Source: Octopus sinensis (lineage: Eukaryota). Taken from it: a stretch of 30,623 bases of DNA. Below are positions 21,804 to 30,623 of this stretch, piece by piece (the stretch's first letter is position 1; each line of letters opens with the position of its first letter). A program made the translations under genes and the position numbers. The stretch lies in contig NW_021832482.1 of the NCBI RefSeq assembly GCF_006345805.1, positions 1 to 30,623 of the forward strand, given 5' to 3'. A model generated the notes under the pieces. The model worked only from the letters and a program-made list of their open reading frames with translations. It had not been told where the DNA came from and did no database searches.

Positions 21804-22075
21804 TCTCTTATTATAAAAGGCAGATTTTATCTGCCTCCCTTCGGGAGTTATACAAATCTACAATATAGGATTTCTTCAATTACAATTTACCTAGCAATTT
21901 TAAGAGTACAATGCATCGCGTCATGCCAGGTCCAGTTTTTAAAATTTAAACTCCAATTAAGCAAAATTTTTTCAATTTTTAATGCATTTTTTGCTACTTT
22001 TTGGCTATAACTCTCTAAAAATGCTTATATAGTTATTTCCCTTACAACCCGAGCAACGCCAGGCGATACTGCTAG
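21804..22075 (+). mobile_element. Complete short non-autonomous Helitron (272 bp)
   Basis: A^TCTCTTATTATAAAAGG start, subterminal GC-rich imperfect hairpin CCCGAGCAACGCCAGG, CTAG^T end at 22072-22075. Inserted between A and T within (TA)n. Confidence 0.82.
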
Positions 22076-22087
22076 TATATATATATA

Positions 22088-22296
22088 TGGCCTAGTGGTT
22101 AGGGCAGCGGACTTGCGGTCGGAGGATCGCGGTTTCGATTCCCAGACCGGGCGTTGTGTGTGTTATTGAGCGAAAAACACCTAAAAGCTCCACGAGGCTC
22201 CGGCAGGAGGTGGTGATCCTGCTGTACTCTTTCACACCACTCTAAAGGCGGTGCTCCAGCATGGCCGCAGTCAAAATGACTGAAACAAGTACAAAA

Positions 22297-22304
<8 letters not shown>
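22088..22304 (+). mobile_element. SINE family D (tRNA-like head) ending in the same tail as family B
   Basis: A-box TGGCCTAGTGG, B-box-like GTTTCGATTCC. Tail from 22243 is TAAAGGCGGTGCTCCAGCATGGCCGCAGTCAAAATGACTGAAACAAGTA plus an A-tract. Confidence 0.82.
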
Positions 22305-22361
<57 letters not shown>

Positions 22362-22480
22362 AATATATTAGTTGAAATATGTTTCTGACGCATTTCAACT
22401 GATAAAATGCAAATGCACTGCAGATAGGTCGGAGAATAAATTTCTGTAATGGTAAAGAGCTGTGAAATCACCGTCTTCTT

Positions 22481-22724
22481 TTAGGAATCTCAAACATCGA
22501 TATTTTGTGCCATTTTGGCTCCTTCAATGAGATCTACCTAAGAGCAACAACTCTGAACGAACTTAGAAAGCTATAGCTTTATGTATAATCCAGTCAATAC
22601 ACTAACTTATTTGCGCTAGTAGATCACCCGATGGAAGTAAACAATGTTCAGAGTTATCTCTCTTAGCTACATCTCATTGATGAGAGCCACAACAACTCGA
22701 AGTATCGATGTTCGAGATTCCTAA
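22481..22724. repeat. Diverged inverted repeat (~78-bp arms), each arm a decayed hammerhead-like motif
   Basis: 22481-22558 is approximately the reverse complement of 22646-22724. Confidence 0.8.
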
Positions 22725-22937
22725 TATAGGGTGACACTAAACGAGCCTGTGTTTTGACACCTTTTTACTATAACCGAGATTTATTATCCAAGGTAATATA
22801 TATATTATATATATATAAATGTTGATATATTATCTGCATGTGTGCATGGGCCTGTACATTATTTTGGCACTACATACATACATACATACATACATACATA
22901 CACACACACACATACACACACCACACACACCCACACA

Positions 22938-22987
<50 letters not shown>

Positions 22988-23018
22988 TATGCATGTATAT
23001 ATATGTATATATTATATA

Positions 23019-23182
23019 GGTGCAGACATGGCTGCGTGGTAAGTAGCTTGCGTACCAGCCACATGGTTCCGGGTTGAATCCCATTGCGTGGCACCTTGGG
23101 AAAGTGTCTTCTTCTATAGCCTCGGGCCAACCAAAGCCTTGTGGGTAGATTTGGTTGACGGAAACTAAAAGAAGCTCGTCGA

Positions 23183-23265
<83 letters not shown>

Positions 23266-23483
23266 TGTTCGTGTGTCTGTGTTTGTTCCCCCATCATCCA
23301 TTGACAACCGATGTTGGTGTGATTTTTACGTCCCCGTAACTTAGCGGTTCGGCAAATGAGCCCGGTAGGATAAGTACTAGGCTCGCAAAGAATAAGTCCT
23401 GGGTCGATTTGTTCGACTAAAGGCGGTGCTCCATCATGGTCGCAGTCAAACGACAGAAACAAATAAAATACAAGAATAAAAGT
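23019..23483 (+). mobile_element. SINE family B, full-length
   Basis: Homologous to 9366-9780. Confidence 0.93.
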
Positions 23484-23614
23484 ATATATATATATATAGA
23501 TATATATATAAATATAGATATATACATACATATTTGAAGCAATCACAAATAATGCAGCAAGTTTCGCCGTATTATGGTAGAGCGTTGTATTAGCTCGTTG
23601 TAAGGTGAGTAAAA

Positions 23615-23968
23615 GGGATAAATTATCCCGGCAAGTACTGTAGTAGCTGTCAGGAATATTCCAGGTAATGGTTAATTGCATCAGATAGTAATAAACATCA
23701 GGTATCGCTAAATATGAGCAATCAAGCTGTAATTCTTCTCATGGGTAACTCCAAGATCGCTTCGATGGATTATGAATATTATAACGACCGTAAATTTTAA
23801 ACAATTACAAAGAATATGGAGATTGGCAGGTTTCTTCATACTATAGCAGACCGCTTTAGTAGTTCGTAATGCGAGAATTAATTACTACTTGATGGTGTTA
23901 GCCGTAATATGGAATACTCTGGAACATACCTGAGAGCCACTACAGTGCTCATCTCGATGATTTATACC
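23615..23968. mobile_element. Old MITE-like element with ~50-bp diverged terminal inverted repeats
   Basis: 23634-23664 AGTACTGTAGTAGCTGTCAGGAATATTCCAG versus the reverse complement of 23919-23949, AGCACTGTAGTGGCTCTCAGGTATGTTCCAG. A weaker ungapped extension runs to 23615/23968. Confidence 0.65.
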
Positions 23969-23974
23969 TGTTAC

Positions 23975-24118
23975 GTTGTAAATAGCTTTCTTGCCGACCA
24001 CACGGTCCCGAGTTCAGTCCCACTGCGTGGCACCTTGAGCAAGAGTCTTCTACTATAGCCTCGGACCGACCAAAGTATTGTGAGTGGATTTGGTAGACGG
24101 AAACTAAAAGAAGCTCGT

Positions 24119-24160
<42 letters not shown>

Positions 24161-24378
24161 TTTGTGTGTCTGTGCTCGTCCCCCACCATCGCTTGACAAC
24201 CGGTCTTGGTGTGCTTACGTCCCTGTACCTTAGCGGTTCGACAAAATGAGACAGGTAGAATAAGTACTAGGCTTACAAAGAACGAGTGCAGGGATCGATT
24301 TCTTCGACTAAAGGTAGTGCTCCAACATGGCCGCAGTCAAATGACTGAAACTAATAAAAGAATAAAAATCAAAGAATA
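23975..24378 (+). mobile_element. SINE family B, 5' end eroded
   Basis: Homologous to 9366-9780 and 23019-23483. Confidence 0.92.
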
Positions 24379-24395
24379 CACACACACACACACAT

Positions 24396-24444
<49 letters not shown>

Positions 24445-24640
24445 CACGTATATATATAAATATGAGATATCACCTCTGCTTGACTGACACGCCTCCACCT
24501 CGAACATGTACGCAATTTTCACATTTTTCCTGCTTAACTCCCCTTTCATCCACTCTTCTCTCCAAAAGTATCGTAATGTTTACCATTTTTATTCTTCTCA
24601 CACTGGTCCACTTGTCTTCGATATTTATTTTCGCTCTTCA

Positions 24641-24817
24641 AGGCGGCGAGCTGGCAGAGTCGTTAGCATGCCGGGCAAAATTCTTACTTAGTAGCATTTC
24701 GTCTGTCTACACGTCCTGAGTTCAAACTTCGCCGAGCTCGCCCCGATGAAATGAGTACCAGTTCAATCCTGGAGTCAATGTTCTCTACTTACCCACTCTC
24801 CCAAAATTTGAAGCCAA
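24641..24817 (+). mobile_element. SINE family A with internal deletions
   Basis: AGGCGGCGAGCTGGCAGAGTCGTTAGCATGCCGGGCAAAA...GAGTTCAAACTTCGCCGAG...CCAAAATTTGAAGCCAA. Confidence 0.85.
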
Positions 24818-25293
24818 TATCTTTTGTCTCTTCTGCAGCATGTGTCCAACAACATCTGTCCTCTGACCATCTCCATCGAACAAATTTCTTAAATTCCTTC
24901 CAGGTGCCTCGATACCTGTAAACTCTTCCGACCACTTTACAGGATCTTGGAAATTATTTTTTTTACCTATTTTGTAGTTTTTTACCAATTAATATATTTC
25001 AGGGATTCAAAGAATATTCATTCAATTTCGAATTTTAGATTGGGATATTCTTCCTTGTTTTGTAGCTGCACACCTGAAGACTGATTCCCCCACGCCACGC
25101 GGAGAAACAGTTTCAAGACTCGCTCTTGCCAAACCATGTGCTACTTCCATACATTTATTGGAGCGCACTCACGCACCCTCTCACCACTCCCTCTAGACAT
25201 GTTCATTTTATCTAGGCAAGAATTATACACAGGTCTGTACACTCTAAACAAAAACACTATTATGATTTACATGCATGTCTATCTCTCTCTCTC

Positions 25294-25335
<42 letters not shown>

Positions 25336-25661
25336 TGGCTCAGTGGTTAGAGCGTCGAGCTTACGATCGTGAGGTTGTGTGTTCGATTCCCGGCCCGGGC
25401 TACGTGTTGTATTCTTGAGCAAGACACCTTACTTCACGTTGCTCCTGTTTACTCATCTGTAGAAATGAGTTGCGACGTCACAGGTGCCAACCTGTATCGG
25501 CCCGTTTGCCTTTTCCTTGGATAACACTGGTGGCGTGAAGAGGGGAGGCCGGTATGCATGACCGACTGCTGGGCTTCCACAAACAATCTTGCCTGGACTT
25601 GTGCCTGGGAGGGTATCTTTCTAGGTGCAATCCCATAGTCTGTGTCGTGAACGAAGGGGGC

Positions 25662-25664
<3 letters not shown>
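25336..25664 (+). mobile_element. SINE family C (tRNA-derived) within (TA)n
   Basis: A-box TGGCTCAGTGG, B-box GTTCGATTCC. Homologous to 19069-19366. Confidence 0.9.
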
Positions 25665-25705
<41 letters not shown>

Positions 25706-25706
<1 letters not shown>

Positions 25707-26127
25707 TAGCAGCTAAGCCCGGTTTCATCCAGTCGGTTTGGATGATGTGGCTGTACAATCTGCTCTGTGTAAGCATTCGACTTGTTTGGGCAAGCTTACG
25801 TTATAAAACAGTTTTAGAATTACCTTTTCTGCCAAAACGCTAAAAATGATTGACCAACAACAAAAAGAAAACCAAGACTCAACCAAATCAAAAAATAAAC
25901 CCAAATCCTAAGCGAACAAAGATGAACCATCCCACTTCCATTGAGCACGCACACGCACATCATACACATTGACCCCACCCCACTTTTTACATATTCACAC
26001 ACATATATTCACTGAGAATCTGATGTTTCTTACGACCATAGTCCACGTTCCTGACTAACCATGGACATCAGGTTTCATCATATTCATGCGTTCATTCTTT
26101 CAGTCGTTATGGCTTAATAAAATAGGA
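25706..26127 (-). mobile_element. Probable non-autonomous Helitron (5' boundary uncertain)
   Basis: The minus-strand 3' end reads CTGGATGAAACCGGGCTTAGCTGCTAG^T (hairpin plus CTAG) in (TA)n. A candidate 5' start TCCTATTTTATTAAG is at 26127, but it lacks the expected preceding A. Confidence 0.6.
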
Positions 26128-26171
26128 GCTTTTATATGAATATTCAAAAACGTTTTCGGTAAACGAACTTA

Positions 26172-26223
<52 letters not shown>

Positions 26224-26268
26224 TTATATATATATATATATATATATAATTATATATATAATTATATA

Positions 26269-26431
26269 GGCGCAGGAGTGGCTGTGTGGTAAGTAGCTTG
26301 TTTACCAACTACATGGTTCCGGGTTCAGCCCCACTGCGTAGCACCTTGGGCAAGTGTCTTCTACTATAGCCTCGGGCCGACCAAAGCCTTGTGAGTGGAT
26401 TTGATAGACGGAAACTGAAAGAAGCCCGTCG
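26269..26431 (+). mobile_element. SINE family B, 5' half
   Basis: GGCGCAGGAGTGGCTGTGTGGTAAGTAGCTTG...GAAAGAAGCCCGTCG, ending at the internal microsatellite. Confidence 0.92.
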
Positions 26432-26519
26432 TATATATGTATATATATATATATTTGTGTGTATATACATACACATGTACACACACACAAACACGTCTAC
26501 ACACTCTCCTAAATAATCA

Positions 26520-26710
26520 CATACATACGTAAGTACATAAGTACATACATACATGCGTATAGGCATGCGCACATACATGCACACACATACATATATACGC
26601 ACATACATACATATATAAATACATACCTATATACATACATACATACATACATACATACATACATGCATACATACATACATACATACATACACACATACAT
26701 ACGTACATAT
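26520..26710 (+). repeat. (CATA)n microsatellite
   Basis: Direct inspection. Confidence 0.95.
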
Positions 26711-27039
26711 ATATAACGAACTAACTGTTACTTTCTCAGATGCAGCACATATTTTTGTCAGTGAAAAGGTCGTGGTCTCAAAGCGACGACAATATTCTAG
26801 CAAATTAAATTTAAATATTGAAGTGAATCTAACAGTTTTTGTGTGTTTCTTAAATGGCTTATAAACACCTTCCACGCTACAATTATATATATATATATTC
26901 ATTCACACACTCACACACACAACACACACACAACACACACACACAGACAAACACGCTCAGTTACACGCACACGCGTACACTCTCATGCACGTACGTACAT
27001 ATACGTACATATGTGTATGTGTGTGATTTTCTGTGTCTT

Positions 27040-27225
27040 TTTGTCTGTTCCTCCTAACCTCACCGCTTGAGAAACAATATTCGTTTCTTTAGATTCCCGT
27101 GACCTAGCGGTTCGGCTGAGGCGTTCAATAGAATAAGCGTTATACTTTAACAAAAATATACACTGGGCCCCATCTGTTCAAGCGAAACTCTTCAGATCTT
27201 GCCCCAGTGTCAGAAACAAGCAAGT
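27040..27225 (+). mobile_element. SINE family B-related 3' half, highly diverged
   Basis: CACCGCTTGA...CCCGTGACCTAGCGGTTCGGC...ATAGAATAAG...GAAACAAG is colinear with the family B 3' half. Confidence 0.7.
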
Positions 27226-27669
27226 GGTAAATGATAAAGATGTTCACACATCACAAACACGCAAAACGCGCTCCCCCTTATGCCCCTTTCAAAATAAAGA
27301 TAGACTTCGATAAAAATGTATTGAAGTTTTCTACACTTCTTTTCTTTAGCCACAGTGATATATATTTCTCTCTTATTTCTAACCTTTGCCTTCTGCCAGT
27401 GCCTTTCATCCATTTTGCATTCAGTGTACATCTTTCACTCTCCTTAAGTTCCTCTCGTTATTTATTTGTTACTCCGAACCGATAAAGAACTAAAGCCCGA
27501 AATCTTAAGTCACACATTTTATTATCTCAACAGTTATACTTGCTTTCATATATTTTCAATGGTTATTGTTTTACAACAACGAAAAGAAAACGAAACACAT
27601 TTATGCACTTATACATATCAGTCTGTGTGTTTGAGTATGTGTGTGTGTTGTGTGTGTGTGTGTGTGTGT

Positions 27670-27880
27670 GTTTGTCCCCCTAGCATTGCTTGACAACCGA
27701 TGCTGGTGTGTTTATGTCCTCGTCACTTAACGGTTTGGCAAAAAAAAGAGACCAATAGAATAAGTACTGGGCTTACAAAAGAATAAGTCCCGGGCTCGAG
27801 TTGCTCGACTAAAGGTGGTGCTCCAGCATGGCCGCAGTCAAATGACTGAAACAAGTAAAAGAGTAAAAGAGAGTAAAGAG
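27670..27880 (+). mobile_element. SINE family B, 3' half
   Basis: Closely matches 9570-9780. Confidence 0.92.
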
Positions 27881-28289
27881 TATATATTTCGACTACAATC
27901 CGTGCAACATCTATATTCCTCACTGTGCCTGTTAAATCTTATGACCTTGCCGTAAGGCTTTACTTCCACACACGCCAGCTTAATTTTTAATTCGTTCTTA
28001 GTCGAAAGTCACCTCTTGTTATGTCCTGTTAATTGCATTTGTATTTGTGTAACATCTCTCTGTTTTTCTACGTCTTTGTTTTCCTATACATTCGATGCAT
28101 TTTTTCCAAGGAATCTAATGCTCTTAGCTTAGTTTTTCCTTAGGGCTGGCCAGATTGGAGCAATCTCGAGTATAATCAACCGAAATTGCAAAGATAATCA
28201 GGAACACGACTGAAGATTAAAAAACTCCGAATAACCTGTCCCTGTTTTCTTTGTATCGTCTGCCTGGATGTTTTCTTGTCCCTTTTTTT

Positions 28290-28977
28290 GGTATGTATGT
28301 ATATATATAATATATATATATATAATATATATATATTTATATATATATAATATATATATATATATAATATATAATTCTCTTTCTTTCTCGTCTGTCTGTC
28401 TCTCTCTACTATACCACACACGCGCCATATATTATATATATGTGTGTGGTGTGGGGTGTGTGTGGTGTGTGTGTTGTGTGTGTGAGTGTATTGTGTGTGT
28501 GTGTATGGAGATGTATATATTAGACGTTATTTACGAAAAAATACAATAAATAGACATAAATTAAGCGATATTACATGCATGAAAAATAAACACAAAGTTA
28601 TGAAATATTTCCGTATTCGTTCCCGAATTTCTGAGAGTGTGTACTTGGTCGCGTGCGACTGTGCGTGTGTAATAGAGAGATAGAGAGAGAGAGAGAGGGA
28701 GGTAGAGAGAGAGAGAGATTGAGTGTGTGCGTGCTTATAACAGAGATGACGGAGTGAGAGAGTGCAATTTTTCTTGTTTTTTTTTATAGATATAATGAAC
28801 TAAAATGCAGGAATTATCGATAAATATAACGAATGGACGTGAAAGAATATTGGTTGTGTAAATATATTGGTTTATTGATAAAATCAATCAGTTGTATGAA
28901 ATATTTTGACACCTACTTCAAACACATCGATGTGATTAGTTTCACACACATAAAAATAAACCGGTTCACACACACAC

Positions 28978-29015
<38 letters not shown>

Positions 29016-29758
29016 CACACACACGCACACACACACGCACACACGCGGACCTATACAGATACATATTCATATAAAGACAAACAAATATACTGAAAGTGAG
29101 CGGTAACATAATATTCTCACATCAATCTCTATATGCACTATATATATATATACATACATACAAACACACACACACACGCAAATATATAGACATATATATA
29201 TATATATATATTTATGTGTATGCGTGTGTGTGTAAATATATATCATATACGGACACACACGCGCACGCACACATACACTAGTATATTTATATATGCATAT
29301 ACAAACACACATACATATTTTATAAAGCACACGCTCACACAAAGAAATACACACGTATATATATATATAATATATATATATATACGTATATATATAACTA
29401 TTTATCTTTATATATAATTATATACATATATATATACACGCACACACATGTATATATATTATGCATATATATACATACAAATATATGCGTAAATGTTCGC
29501 ACAATTTTTACGTAGATTTATACAATCAGTAGTGATGTAGTGCAAAGACGAGAGATAGATCAATCAACCAATCGCATCACAGTTTGAGATTTTCGACGGA
29601 GTTTCTCAATATTCCAAGAAGATTTCAATCTCAGTGAATAACAGAAGTTTACCACTTCTAATCTTTATCTCGATAAACACACACACACACACAGAAGTAT
29701 ATCTATAAAGCTTATTCACTTGCGCTTACATACATGCATACTATATAATATATATAGA

Positions 29759-29853
<95 letters not shown>

Positions 29854-29921
29854 GCAAACAGACATACATTCATACATCAGAAGACACACCGACAAAAACA
29901 CACACATACAGACACATCTGT

Positions 29922-29960
<39 letters not shown>

Positions 29961-29970
29961 CATGTATATG
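28290..29970. repeat. Microsatellite-rich tract ((TA)n, (TG)n/(CA)n, (GA)n) with unique spacers
   Basis: Direct inspection. Confidence 0.88.
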
Positions 29971-30150
29971 ATATATATAGTTAATCATTTCAAAATGTCT
30001 TATTACCCTCACACTGGCTGACCGCCAGATTTAACCGAAATAACGGAATCATTTTCCAGAATCACGTAATTTGTGATCTCATGCAGTTTAAAGATTTAAG
30101 ATTTCAAATTGTTTAAACAAATTTTTGTATTGCTTCTCATAAGAAAGAAA

Positions 30151-30246
<96 letters not shown>

Positions 30247-30255
30247 GTCTATCTA

Positions 30256-30294
<39 letters not shown>

Positions 30295-30352
30295 GTCTGT
30301 CTGTTTATGTATCCATCTATATATGTGTCATCTATCTGTCTATCTATCTGTC
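30151..30352 (+). repeat. (TATC)n/(TGTC)n microsatellite
   Basis: Direct inspection. Confidence 0.97.
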
Positions 30353-30623
30353 ATAACCAAACAATATAACAAAATCATAACTAAGGTAAAACCAGCATTT
30401 CAGGTCATTTAGAATAATTTAATAAGGGTAAGGTGAAATTAAAGTCTTACAGACGTTTCTGAAATGAGCAGAATTGTAGGTTATTACGTCCAAGCACTGG
30501 TTACTCTGACATCAGAGGCAAAGCATGAATATTTTAGAGAGGGGAAACTTTACAGTATACAAGAATTAAAATTCACAGTATATAAGAAATAAAACAGAAG
30601 ACCAGATAGAAGAGTAAAGAGTA

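Noticed and set aside
25068-25125. CTGAAGA...GAAAC hammerhead-like words and the ORF at 24785-24988
   Set aside because: Stem I and the NUH/stem III pairing are missing, and the ORF shows no motif I recognise.
25336-25400. tRNA gene-like sequences (also 22088-22145 and 19075-19140)
   Set aside because: A/B boxes are present, but each continues into a SINE body and no clean cloverleaf with a paired acceptor stem was evident. These are SINE heads, not tRNA genes.
26745-26795. TTGTC...GACAA-bracketed segment resembling a hammerhead relic
   Set aside because: Both core boxes would need several substitutions (GTGAAAA, AAAG), so it cannot be distinguished from chance.

Overview
AT-rich, microsatellite-dense eukaryotic (animal) genomic DNA with no recognisable host protein-coding gene. 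The tRNA-derived SINE families resemble those I recall from octopus/cephalopod genomes, which is an inference. Almost all non-microsatellite sequence is decayed transposons: (1) R4/Dong-type RLE LINE pieces stacked in (TAA)n at 1-2514; (2) an RTE-type endonuclease relic; (3) a Tx1/L1-clade LINE 3' end sitting in (TATC)n; (4) a CR1/L2-group LINE 3' end whose tail is shared with two SINE families; (5) a broken Helitron Rep/PIF1 helicase plus short non-autonomous Helitrons; (6) mariner and DD37D-like Tc1/mariner relics; (7) four SINE families; (8) several fold-back elements. The most notable signal is a set of type I hammerhead ribozyme motifs with palindromic stem III, each associated with a long inverted repeat. 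One has an intact core (17237-17327, minus), one is near-intact (19738-19782, plus), and a decayed inverted pair lies at 22481-22724. Also unexplained are a non-coding 141-bp-period degenerate array (2810-3232) and a triple-hairpin block followed by three 22-bp-phased GATGGCG motifs (7142-7278). Most ORFs in the supplied track are microsatellite artefacts.
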